A stretch of DNA of 47,894 nucleotides from assembly GCA_023128895.1 (NCBI GenBank), contig JAGMDC010000001.1, positions 1 through 47,894 of the forward strand, in the 5' to 3' direction. This DNA comes from Candidatus Parcubacteria bacterium (GTDB taxonomy: Bacteria > Patescibacteriota > Minisyncoccia > Minisyncoccales > JAGMDC01). The position numbers and the translations under genes were made by a program. The notes below the pieces were generated by a model. It saw only the letters and a program-made list of their open reading frames with translations, had not been told where the DNA came from and did not search any database. Of this stretch, positions 28,698 through 37,729 are shown piece by piece (position 1 is the first letter of the stretch; each line of letters opens with the position of its first letter).

Positions 28698-30179
28698 TTA
28701 TGTCAAGTTTTTCTTTAATAATTGAGCTGCAGTTTCTGGGTCTGCCTTGCCTTTGCTCTCTTTCATCACCTGTCCTATTAAAAATTGGAGCGCGTTTTCT
28801 TTGCCTTTCTTAAAATCTTCTACCGGCTTTAGATTCTTTGAAACAACTTGCTTGATAATTTTTTCAAGAGATGCTTTATCTGTTATCTGGCTCAACTCGT
28901 CTTTTTTAATAATATGAGACGGATCTTTGCCGTTTTTGAACATTTCATATAAGACGGTCTTAGCGATTTTTGACAAAATTTCTTTTTTATGAATCAAAGT
29001 GATAAATTCAGCAAAATTTTCCGGAGTTATTAGAAATCTCCTGTCATTCACAGACATATTTTTAAGCAATCCCTGCAAATCCGTAATCATATAATTTGAA
29101 CAAATTTTTGCTAATTTTACAAACTCGTTTCTTTCCACTTTTTCCTTCATATCCGCTGACTTTACCCAGTCCCTTAATTCTGACATTGTTTTTTCAAAAT
29201 ACTCGCCTAATTCTTTATTTTGCGTAAAAATTTCTATTTCTCTATCTGACAATCCATATTCCGCTGAAAACCGCTCTCTCCTTGCCTGCGGCAATTCCGG
29301 AATCCCTGATTCAATAATCTTGACTTCCTTTTCTTTTATATTAAGCATTGGCAGGTCTGGTTCCGGAAAGTATCTGTAATCATGCGATTCTTCCTTTTCT
29401 CTCTGGCTTAGAGTTTTTTGTTTTAAGTCGTGCCATCCGCGCGTTTCCTGAACAATTTTACCTCTTTGCTCTAAAACCTGTGTTTGTCTTTTAATTTCAC
29501 ACTCAATCCCCTTCTCCACAACGCGAAAAGAATTCAAATTTTTAATTTCTACTTTTGTTCCTAATTTTTTGGGATTTTTACTCAAAGAAATATTCACTTC
29601 GCACCTCATCTGCCCTTTCTCCATATCCGCGTTTGATACATTGAGATACCTTAAAATTAAACGCAATTCTTCGGCGAATTTCCTCGCTTCCTTAGCTGAA
29701 TGAATATCCGGCTCTGTAACTAATTCCATTAAAGGAATTCCTGCGCGGTTAAAATCCACCAAAGAGCAGTCATCTTGAGCAGAATGGATTAAACGCCCGG
29801 TATCTTCTTCTAAATGAATTCTCGTTATTCTAATTCTCTCGCCATTAACCTCTAAATAGCCGCCTAAACATAGAGGCATATCATATTGCGATATCTGGTA
29901 GCCTTTTGGCAGGTCCGGATAAAAATAATTTTTCCTGTCAAATTTAGAATGCTGGGGAATCGCGCTTTGCAAAGCCAGTCCTGTTTTTATAACCTTGCTC
30001 ACGGCTTCTTTGTTTATCACTGGAAGCGTGCCGGGATGGCTCATACAAACAGGACAAACATTTATGTTCGCTCGCTGTTCGTCAGGGTCATTCGCGCAGG
30101 AGCAAAACATTTTGCTTCTTGTGTTTAGTTCCGCGTGAATCTCAAGCCCTATTGTCACATAATATTTTTTTTCTGCCAT
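28698..30179 (-). CDS. gatB: Asp/Glu-tRNA amidotransferase subunit B
   Basis: IGLEIHAEL, FDRKNYFYPDLPKGYQISQ, HLEEDTG, RCEVNIS, YRYFPEPDLP; start moved to MAEKK. Confidence 0.96.
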   Translation of the reverse strand: MAEKKYYVTIGLEIHAELNTRSKMFCSCANDPDEQRANINVCPVCMSHPGTLPVINKEAVSKVIKTGLALQSAIPQHSKFDRKNYFYPDLPKGYQISQYDMPLCLGGYLEVNGERIRITRIHLEEDTGRLIHSAQDDCSLVDFNRAGIPLMELVTEPDIHSAKEARKFAEELRLILRYLNVSNADMEKGQMRCEVNISLSKNPKKLGTKVEIKNLNSFRVVEKGIECEIKRQTQVLEQRGKIVQETRGWHDLKQKTLSQREKEESHDYRYFPEPDLPMLNIKEKEVKIIESGIPELPQARRERFSAEYGLSDREIEIFTQNKELGEYFEKTMSELRDWVKSADMKEKVERNEFVKLAKICSNYMITDLQGLLKNMSVNDRRFLITPENFAEFITLIHKKEILSKIAKTVLYEMFKNGKDPSHIIKKDELSQITDKASLEKIIKQVVSKNLKPVEDFKKGKENALQFLIGQVMKESKGKADPETAAQLLKKNLT

Positions 30180-30183
30180 AAAT

Positions 30184-30723
30184 TCAAACTTGTTTTTCTT
30201 TTTTCGCAGTTGAAACGCGGCCGCCCTGCCATTGCCCGCGATATAAATTTGTCTTTCCTTTAACTTCATGGAACATAGCGTAAACTACTCTTGCTCCAAG
30301 TTCTATTTCTATGTCGCAGGGACCTAAATTTATAATTCCAAAAATTAGCTCTCCTTGATATCCTGGAGAAACATTCGCGGTAAAAATCATTATCCCCGAC
30401 CTGTGCAAAGTTGACCTTTGCCGCATTAAACATAAAATATTTTCAGGTAAATTTATTTTTTCAATAGTTTTTATTAAATAATATTTGCTTGTCTTAAAAA
30501 CAAAACTTTGTTTTTTGTTTGAATCATACTTAACCAAAAGTTTTGTTTTAGGCGTTTCTCTCTCTTCAATCCCTAAAAATCCCTGCCCGAAAATTTCGTG
30601 AATTTCGCCCAATCTTAAATCAAAGCCAGCCCCTTCTGGATTTTGCAATTCGCGCTCTGAAAGATTTTCTACCAATTTTTTCTCTTTGACTAATTTTAAT
30701 AATTCTTCTGCTCCTAATATCAT
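30184..30723 (-). CDS. dcd: dCTP deaminase / dUTPase-family protein
   Basis: GFDLRLG, TIEKINLP, RSTLHRSG, PGYQGEL, YRGQWQG. Confidence 0.75.
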   Translation of the reverse strand: MILGAEELLKLVKEKKLVENLSERELQNPEGAGFDLRLGEIHEIFGQGFLGIEERETPKTKLLVKYDSNKKQSFVFKTSKYYLIKTIEKINLPENILCLMRQRSTLHRSGIMIFTANVSPGYQGELIFGIINLGPCDIEIELGARVVYAMFHEVKGKTNLYRGQWQGGRVSTAKKEKQV

Positions 30724-30812
30724 AATATTTCATCTTACCATATTCCAAAACAAAAAAAAAGCGACTTTTGATTTTTTCACAGTTGTGGAATAAATCAAAA
30801 GTCATAAATTTT

Positions 30813-31166
30813 TCATTTTATTAAACTCGCGTTTTCTTCTTCTCCTTTCTCTTTTTTATTTCTCGTGGTTTTCACTGCTTCATCAAGTGTGAAGATAATC
30901 GCGTGCGCGATTTTGTCGCCTTTTTCAATTTTTGCCTCGCCGCTAAGTAAAAATTCTATGGTTAAACGCCCTTTCCATCCAGGATTTAATACGCCTCCCT
31001 GCATAAAAATTCCTTTATGATGATGGCTCCGTTTTCCCTCTAAGAGTCCTATTTCGTTCTCTGATAAATCAAATTCTTCGTTTGATTCAACAATAAGTGT
31101 TCCTGACCCGACTACTTTCACACTGCTACTCGCAGTTACATCCACTATTCTTGCTTTTGCTGCCAT
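30813..31166 (-). CDS. Divergent, truncated dCTP deaminase/dUTPase-fold protein
   Basis: ESNEEFDL, GLLEGKRS..KGI, LNPGWKGRLTIE, GDKIAH; AGGAGGT RBS. Confidence 0.65.
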   Translation of the reverse strand: MAAKARIVDVTASSSVKVVGSGTLIVESNEEFDLSENEIGLLEGKRSHHHKGIFMQGGVLNPGWKGRLTIEFLLSGEAKIEKGDKIAHAIIFTLDEAVKTTRNKKEKGEEENASLIK

Positions 31167-31173
31167 TGTTTTT

Positions 31174-32049
31174 TTACCTCCTTGGTTTTATTACCTCTTC
31201 TATGCTTGAAAAATCCCTGGGATATATCTGCATTGCCATATTGTGCTCATAATAGTATCCAACTTTTACGGGAATACCAAATCTTTGTTCAATCATTTTC
31301 GCTATATATTCTTGCTGAACAGCCATCGCGGCAGCATTGTCTAAAAAACCACTGCCAATATCATGATTTCTCCATATGCCAGTCATATCCAATGTCAGAA
31401 AAAATTTCCTGTTGTTTGCGTAATGGTCTCTAAGCCTCTCTTTCATAAGCCCAAGTAAATCAATGTATTTGGTTGTTTTATTCTGGCGGTAAAAATCCGC
31501 TATTTCCTCTCCTTCTTCCTTAAACGCATACGTATCCCATCCAAGCCAGCACCATAACACTACTAAACACGGCTGATCTCCCCCTGTTAAATCTCCTTCG
31601 TTGTCTTGAGGAATTCTCCAGGTTGTTGCTTGATACGACCTCTTAAACGGCATTATCAAATCAATTATTGCCTTAATTTGGTCATATCCTCCCTGCTCCC
31701 AAGGAAATTTTACCCCGAAGTGTCTTAATAGCTGGTGGTAAGTGTACTTAAATGGAGATTCTTTCCCAAGATTGTGTGAACCTTCGCCTACCACCTGGTC
31801 AATATAGGTTTCCAGGGCCTTGCCTTCATGACTAGCAAGTCCGCCATATAACGGATGTGTTCTGGGCTTTTTGGGAGGTATCTTTAGCGAGACGCTCCTC
31901 AACTCTTTTCCCATTCCTTCATCTTTGGGCGTAATGGCTGGGTATCCAAAAAGGAAAATTTTCTCTACTAAATTCTCCCAAACATTAGCAATGTTTTTCC
32001 CGGTTACTGTATTGCTTATTTCTCCTCTCTTATAAAATTCATATACCAT
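31174..32049 (-). CDS. Thymidylate synthase superfamily protein, archaeal-like
   Basis: FKYTY, DQI, ATTW..P.D, catalytic PCL, RNHD (RSxD), specificity Asn, QIY..DF; AGGAGGT RBS. Confidence 0.8.
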   Translation of the reverse strand: MVYEFYKRGEISNTVTGKNIANVWENLVEKIFLFGYPAITPKDEGMGKELRSVSLKIPPKKPRTHPLYGGLASHEGKALETYIDQVVGEGSHNLGKESPFKYTYHQLLRHFGVKFPWEQGGYDQIKAIIDLIMPFKRSYQATTWRIPQDNEGDLTGGDQPCLVVLWCWLGWDTYAFKEEGEEIADFYRQNKTTKYIDLLGLMKERLRDHYANNRKFFLTLDMTGIWRNHDIGSGFLDNAAAMAVQQEYIAKMIEQRFGIPVKVGYYYEHNMAMQIYPRDFSSIEEVIKPRR

Positions 32050-32052
32050 TTT

Positions 32053-32196
32053 TTACCTCCTTGTTTTTCCTTTCACTTTTCCAAAACACACTCGCCAGAT
32101 TGTTTTAGCCGACGCTTTCATATTTGCTATTGCGTCTTTGCTCTGCTCTTCGCTGCTTATATCTCTTCTGTCACTATCTTCATGCTTTTCGTACAT
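32053..32196 (-). CDS. Possible small leader ORF (47 aa)
   Basis: AGGAGG upstream; stop overlaps the RBS of the TS gene. Confidence 0.3.
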   Translation of the reverse strand: MYEKHEDSDRRDISSEEQSKDAIANMKASAKTIWRVCFGKVKGKTRR

Positions 32197-32307
32197 TTCA
32201 ATTCCATGTCCTCCTTTTTTTTCATTTTTTCGTCCTCTTGCCAACACCTCTTAATTCATAAATCACAATTCTTAAATCGCTTATTCTATTGTGAGGTGCT
32301 ATTTTCA

Positions 32308-32335
32308 ATATTACCAAAACAAAAACAGATGTCAA
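32308..32335 (-). promoter_or_regulatory. Promoter of the TS-dcd cassette
   Basis: TTGACA-N16-TAATAT with extended TGn. Confidence 0.6.
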
Positions 32336-32366
32336 ACATCTGTTTCATAAAATACAAAATTTGAAC

Positions 32367-32786
32367 TTATTCTACTTCTATTCCCATATTTTTGGCTGTG
32401 CCTTCAATGATTTTCATTGCTTGGTTTATATCAGTGGTATTCAGGTCCGGCATTTTCTTTTCTGCCACTTGCTTTAATTGTGATTTGGTGATTTTCGCTA
32501 CTTTGCTTTTGTTCGGTTTGCCGGAGCCCTTTTCTATTGCCGCTATTTTCTTGAGAAGTTCTGACGCGCATGGCTGTTTTACAATAAAATCATAAGTTCT
32601 GTCTTCAAACACTGTAATATCAACAGGGAGCTTAAAACCCTGCTGGTCTTTTGTAGCGTCATTAAATTTTTGGCAAAATTCAGCGATATTTAATCCATGC
32701 TGGGCCAATGCCGGGCCTGTTGGCGGAGCTGGATTTGCTTTGCCTGCTGGTAATTGAAGTTTTATAATAGCAATTATTTTTTTCAC
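32367..32786 (-). other. rplK: 50S ribosomal protein L11
   Basis: [39 protein letters not shown]. Confidence 0.96.
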
Positions 32787-33328
32787 AATTTTTTTATTTG
32801 CAGAGAGTCCAGTTCCACTGGCGTGTCTCTGCCGAACATATCAACCAAGACCTTTACTTTTCCGCGCGTTTCGTCAATTTCCGAAACCCTGCCGTTAGAA
32901 TCCTTAAACGGACCGTCAGTAATTTTTACCGAGTCCCCTATTTTGAAATCAATCTTATACTGCGGCTCCTCAACTCCCATTCTTTTCTTCAAAATATCTA
33001 TCTCTTGCGCGGAAATAGGCACAGGAGTGGTGCCGGCGCCCACAAACCCGGTAACATTAGGCGTATTTCTAACCACATACCAGGAATCGTCGGTAACTAT
33101 CATTTCAACTAAAACATATCCCGGGTAAATTTTTTCTTCAACAATTTTTCTTTTGCCGCTTTTAATTTTAATTTTTTTTTCTTTTGGAACAATAACGTCA
33201 AAAATTTTATCTTCCATTCCCAAACTCTCCACTCTTTGTTTCAAGCTTTTGGCCACTGCGTCCTCATAACCGGAATAAGTATGAAGGACATACCAATTTT
33301 TTTGCTGGGAAATCTGCTGTTTAGCCAT
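32783..33328 (-). CDS. nusG: Transcription termination/antitermination factor NusG
   Basis: [56 protein letters not shown]. Confidence 0.97.
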   Translation of the reverse strand: MAKQQISQQKNWYVLHTYSGYEDAVAKSLKQRVESLGMEDKIFDVIVPKEKKIKIKSGKRKIVEEKIYPGYVLVEMIVTDDSWYVVRNTPNVTGFVGAGTTPVPISAQEIDILKKRMGVEEPQYKIDFKIGDSVKITDGPFKDSNGRVSEIDETRGKVKVLVDMFGRDTPVELDSLQIKKL

Positions 33329-33335
33329 TCTTTAA

Positions 33336-33536
33336 TTACAAAATAAATTTATTGAGCAAAGTGGTGAATACAACATCAAGACCGCCCAAAAAAGCAGCGG
33401 TTACCACAGAAATTCCAATCACGATTAAAGTATATTTCAAAGTTTCCTGGCGCGTAGGCCAATTAACTTTTTTCAATTCCAGATGGACTTCTTTCAAAAA
33501 AATTATAATTTTTGCTGGTAAATTTTTAATCTCCAT
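33336..33536 (-). CDS. secE: Preprotein translocase SecE
   Basis: ELKKVNWPTR plus single TM, upstream of nusG. Confidence 0.93.
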   Translation of the reverse strand: MEIKNLPAKIIIFLKEVHLELKKVNWPTRQETLKYTLIVIGISVVTAAFLGGLDVVFTTLLNKFIL

Positions 33537-33569
33537 TTTCTTAAAACAGCCCCACGGGGCTATTACCTT

Positions 33570-33598
33570 ATGATAAAGTAATTAAATTTATATGTCAA
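33570..33598 (-). promoter_or_regulatory. secE promoter; -35 inside the gyrB last codons
   Basis: TTGACA-N17-TATCAT. Confidence 0.65.
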
Positions 33599-35639
33599 GG
33601 TTCCTCACCTTTTTCGCGTGGATTTGGATAAACTTTTTCCTTGGCATAACTTCGTCTCCCATTAGAATATCAAAAATCCTATCCGCATTTTTAGCGTCTT
33701 CAATATTAACTTGAAGTAAAATCCTGTTTTCCGGATTCATAGTTGTTGTCCAAAGCTCATCGGGATTCATTTCTCCCAATCCTTTATATCGCTGGATGCT
33801 TATTCCGCTGATTTTCTCCTCTGTTTTAATTTCTTCTTTTCCTTCTTCTATTTCCTCTGCCTTTTGCTTTATCGCAGGAATTTTTTTCTTTTTCTCCTTG
33901 CGGAATTCTGAAAGAATTTCAGCTTTGTCTGCGTCTGTATAAGCGTATTCAATCCTCTTACCCGACTGTATTTTGTAAAGCGGGGGCTGCGCTATATAAA
34001 GAAAACCCTGCTCAATTATTGGCTGAAAATATCTGTAAAAAAGCGTTAAAAGCAATGTCTTAATATGGTTGCCGTCTGAATCCGCGTCAGCCATCAGCAC
34101 TATGCGGTGATACCTTAATTTTGCTATATCAAAGTCCTCGGAAATAGCGGTTCCCATCGCGATAATCAATGACTTGATTTCTTTTGAAGACAAAATCCTG
34201 TCTAATCGCGCTCTTTCCACATTCAAAATTTTGCCTTTCAGCGGAAGTATTGCTTGAAACCGGCGGTCTCTTCCCTGCTTACTGGAACCCGCGGCTGATT
34301 CGCCTTCTACAATATACAATTCTGATTCCTCCGGATCTCTTGACGAACAATCAGCCAATTTCCCAGGCAATGCCAGACCCTCTAACGCCCCTTTTCTTAA
34401 AACTGTCTGGCGCGCCGCTTTCGCGGCTTTTCTGGCTTTTGCGGATAAAAGGCAATTTTCAATAATCGCTTTCGCGTCCAGCGGATTTCTTTCCAAGTAG
34501 TCGGCTAATCCGTCTAATACAACCGATTCTACTGCGGCTTTTGCTTCTGGATTTCCTAATTTTGCCTTTGTTTGGCCTTCGAATTGCGGCTCTTTTATTT
34601 TTAGTGAAATTACTGCTGTCAATCCTTCTCTAATGTCGTCGCCGGTAAGTGTTTCCTCGCTTTCCTTAATAAGCCCGTTTTTCTTGGCATAATCATTAAG
34701 ACCCCTGGTCATAGCGCTTCTAAAGCCAGTTAAATGGGTTCCTCCTTCTCCTGTATGAATATTATTGACAAACCCTTCTTCATAATGCTCATATTCCTGC
34801 GTGCATTGAAAAGCGGCTTCCACTAAAATTTCATCTTTCTTACCGGATGTATAAAAAATGTTCTCGTGGCGAGGTTCCGCGCCCCTTACTAAATGCCTTA
34901 CATAAGCAGTCAAGCCGCCTTCAAAATAAAAAGTATAATTTTTTATTTCTTTTTCCCTTTGGTCGGAAACAATAATTTTTATTTTTGGAGTTAAATACGC
35001 TTGCTGGCGCAAATGGCTTAAAATCCGATTTAAATTAAATTCAATATCTTTAAAAATCTCCTGGTCTGGCTCAAAAACAACAGTGGTGCCTGTCTTTCTG
35101 CACTTCCCGTCTTTTTTAAGTTTTGTCTTTACTATGCCTTTAGAATATTCTTGGGTATATTTTATTCCATCTCTGCAAATTTCCGCTTTGAGCCAAATAG
35201 AAAGCGCGTTAACAACTGAAACGCCTACTCCATGAAGACCGCCAGCCACTTGATACGCCTTGCCTCCGAATTTTGCGCCGGCGTGCAAAGTTGTCATCAC
35301 GGTTTCTAAAGCCGATTTTTTGGTTTGCGAATGAATGTCAACCGGAATACCGCGGCCATCATCCTCACACTTCACCCTGTTATTTGGAAGAAGCGTTAAT
35401 TTTATTTCCTTTGCAAATCCTCCAATACATTCGTCAATTCCATTATCTAAAACCTCCCAAATTAAATGGTGTAAACCGTCCGGACCAGTGGAACCAATAT
35501 ACATTCCAGGCCTTTTCCTCACCGGCTCCAGGCCTTCTAAAACATAAATATCTTTTGCGCCATAAGACACGCCCTTTGTTTCGGACTTTGTCTCACGCTT
35601 TTTCTCCATATTTTTTTGAGTATTTTTTTCACGCGTCAT
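33588..35639 (-). CDS. gyrB: DNA gyrase subunit B
   Basis: LEGLEPVRKRPGMYIG, GGLHGVG, PQFEGQTK, VEGESAAGS, PLKGKILN, QRYKGLGEMN; start could be 35609. Confidence 0.95.
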   Translation of the reverse strand: MTREKNTQKNMEKKRETKSETKGVSYGAKDIYVLEGLEPVRKRPGMYIGSTGPDGLHHLIWEVLDNGIDECIGGFAKEIKLTLLPNNRVKCEDDGRGIPVDIHSQTKKSALETVMTTLHAGAKFGGKAYQVAGGLHGVGVSVVNALSIWLKAEICRDGIKYTQEYSKGIVKTKLKKDGKCRKTGTTVVFEPDQEIFKDIEFNLNRILSHLRQQAYLTPKIKIIVSDQREKEIKNYTFYFEGGLTAYVRHLVRGAEPRHENIFYTSGKKDEILVEAAFQCTQEYEHYEEGFVNNIHTGEGGTHLTGFRSAMTRGLNDYAKKNGLIKESEETLTGDDIREGLTAVISLKIKEPQFEGQTKAKLGNPEAKAAVESVVLDGLADYLERNPLDAKAIIENCLLSAKARKAAKAARQTVLRKGALEGLALPGKLADCSSRDPEESELYIVEGESAAGSSKQGRDRRFQAILPLKGKILNVERARLDRILSSKEIKSLIIAMGTAISEDFDIAKLRYHRIVLMADADSDGNHIKTLLLTLFYRYFQPIIEQGFLYIAQPPLYKIQSGKRIEYAYTDADKAEILSEFRKEKKKKIPAIKQKAEEIEEGKEEIKTEEKISGISIQRYKGLGEMNPDELWTTTMNPENRILLQVNIEDAKNADRIFDILMGDEVMPRKKFIQIHAKKVRNLDI

Positions 35640-35649
35640 TATTTTAAAA

Positions 35650-37728
35650 TTACTTCCTTACTTCCCACTCTGGCTCGCTTTCCAGAGCATTAATTATTTT
35701 TTCTTGAATTTCGTCTATTTCTTTTGCCAAAAGCGTGCGGGTTTTTGACTGATAAACAATATGAAAAGCGAAATTTTTCTTTCCGGCTGGTAATTCCCTG
35801 CCTTCATATATGTCAAACAAATCAACATCTACAACTATTTTCGGGCCAACATTATTTATCTTATTCAAAACATCAATAACTTTCACGCCCTTAGGGACTA
35901 AAACCGCCAAATCTCTAACAGACGAAGGATAGCGGGATACTGGCTGGTATATCTGTTCTTCCGAGCATTGTTTCATTAATTCCTCAAAATTTATATCAAA
36001 CACAGCTAATTCATTTTCAATTTCTCCTAAAAATCCAATTTCCTTTCCGCTTATTTTAATTTCAGCGCATCTCCCCTGTTCCCAAATTTCTAATTTTGAT
36101 TCTTCCGGGGACGGTTGATGTTCGTCATACCATACATCGCTAATTCCTAATTGGTTCAACAATGAATCAATAACTCCTTTTAATTCATAAAATCCCTGGT
36201 TGTTGTTTTCTTTGGCTATTACGGCACACAGCATTGTTTTTTCCTTGTTTGGAGAATTAAAAATTTTACCAATTTCAAAAATTTTAATTTCATCAAAATT
36301 TTTGAAATTATTCTCCACATTTTTTATTAAATTCGGCATTAAACTGTTTCTCAAATATTTCTGCTCTATACTCATAGGATTTTCCACTTCAATCAAATTT
36401 GTATTATTCGCCTGCCTGCTCGATAAAAAGGAATAATTATATACTTCGCTGAATCCTATTTCTTTCAATATATCTCTTATTTTATTGGCCCAAAAAATTT
36501 TCTCGTTTTTCTCTGGAGGAATCAAAACAGCTGAGGGAAAAACTGGATTAATTTTCTCATATCCATAGATTCTCGCGATCTCTTCAATTACATCCTCTGG
36601 GATAGAAACATCTCGTCTGAATGTAGGAACCGTAACTTGAAACTTGCCTGCCTGTCCGGTAGGCGGGCCTGCCTGTCCGGTAGGCAGGAATTCTAAAGAT
36701 TTGAGAATCTTCACAATCTCTTTTTGCGGAATTGCCGCGCCTAATAATCGCTCTACATAATCCAAATCCAATTTGATTTTTTTAGGCAAAACCTTTTTTG
36801 GATAATAATCTATTATATCTTTCGCTATTTTCCCGCCCGCGATTTCTTGAATTATTGCCGCTGTCTTATCAATAGCGATTTCAGTCAGATTAGGGTCAAT
36901 TGTATGCTCAAAACGCCACGAAGCGTCTGTTTTCAAACCCAATTTTTTAGACGCTTTTCTAATTGTATGATAATCAAAATTTGCGGCTTCCAGTACTATA
37001 TCCTTTGTTTCAGAGTCAATTTCCGCTTTTTTACCTCCTTTAATTCCCGCTATTGCTAACGCGTCATTTCCGTCCGCGATAACTAAAACATCCTCGTCTA
37101 ATTTATATTTCTCATCATCTAAACTAACAATCCCCTCCCCTTTTCTTGCTTTCCTCACAATAATCTTTTTTGTTTGCGTGCCTGAAACCTTTCCAAAATC
37201 AAAAGCGTGCATTGGTTGTCCTGTTTCCAGCATTACATAATTTGCCGCGTCCACTATATTATTTATTGCGTGAAGCCCGCATACAGCCAGCCTCTCCTGA
37301 ATATATTTTGGCGACTTCCCTACTTTAACATCTGTGATAACTCTTGCCGTATATCTTGAACACAACTTTGGCTCTTTCACTTCTACTTTAATATAGTCCT
37401 TTGCTTTTGTGCTTTTATCTTCTTTCCTGCCTACCGAGCAGGCAGGTAATTTGACACTCGTATTTTTAAGCCCTAAATTCAAAATCGCGGAAATCTCGCG
37501 CGCGATGCCCAAATGCGAAAAACAATCCGATCCCCTGTTAGACAAAACATCTATATCCAATGCCCAATCCCCGCCTGCATCGCTACGCGAAGCATTGCGG
37601 GCAGGCCTGCCTATTTTCTTTAATCCCTCAACTTCAAAACTATGCATAGTTAAAACCTCTGCCAGCTTGTCTGGTTTCGGCAGTTTTTTAATAAAAAATG
37701 ATTGTAGCCAATTATATGAAAATACCAT
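35650..37728 (-). CDS. pheT: Phenylalanine--tRNA ligase beta subunit (lacks B2 OB domain; in-frame palindromic inserts)
   Basis: NRGSDCFSHLGIARE, INNIVDAANYVMLETGQPMHAFD, DVIEEIARIYGY, FDX-ACB tail. Confidence 0.95.
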   Translation of the reverse strand: MVFSYNWLQSFFIKKLPKPDKLAEVLTMHSFEVEGLKKIGRPARNASRSDAGGDWALDIDVLSNRGSDCFSHLGIAREISAILNLGLKNTSVKLPACSVGRKEDKSTKAKDYIKVEVKEPKLCSRYTARVITDVKVGKSPKYIQERLAVCGLHAINNIVDAANYVMLETGQPMHAFDFGKVSGTQTKKIIVRKARKGEGIVSLDDEKYKLDEDVLVIADGNDALAIAGIKGGKKAEIDSETKDIVLEAANFDYHTIRKASKKLGLKTDASWRFEHTIDPNLTEIAIDKTAAIIQEIAGGKIAKDIIDYYPKKVLPKKIKLDLDYVERLLGAAIPQKEIVKILKSLEFLPTGQAGPPTGQAGKFQVTVPTFRRDVSIPEDVIEEIARIYGYEKINPVFPSAVLIPPEKNEKIFWANKIRDILKEIGFSEVYNYSFLSSRQANNTNLIEVENPMSIEQKYLRNSLMPNLIKNVENNFKNFDEIKIFEIGKIFNSPNKEKTMLCAVIAKENNNQGFYELKGVIDSLLNQLGISDVWYDEHQPSPEESKLEIWEQGRCAEIKISGKEIGFLGEIENELAVFDINFEELMKQCSEEQIYQPVSRYPSSVRDLAVLVPKGVKVIDVLNKINNVGPKIVVDVDLFDIYEGRELPAGKKNFAFHIVYQSKTRTLLAKEIDEIQEKIINALESEPEWEVRK
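36647..36688. repeat. Tandem pair of 21-bp palindromes in frame in pheT
   Basis: CCTGCCTGTCCGGTAGGCGGG + CCTGCCTGTCCGGTAGGCAGG (LPTGQAG PPTGQAG). Confidence 0.85.
37426..37446. repeat. 21-bp palindrome in frame in pheT
   Basis: CCTGCCTACCGAGCAGGCAGG (LPACSVGR). Confidence 0.8.
37570..37612. repeat. Palindromic insert in frame in pheT
   Basis: GCCTGCATCGCTACGCGAAGCATTGCGGGC core plus adjacent AGGCCTGCCT (RPARNASRSDAGG). Confidence 0.8.
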
Positions 37729-37729
37729 A

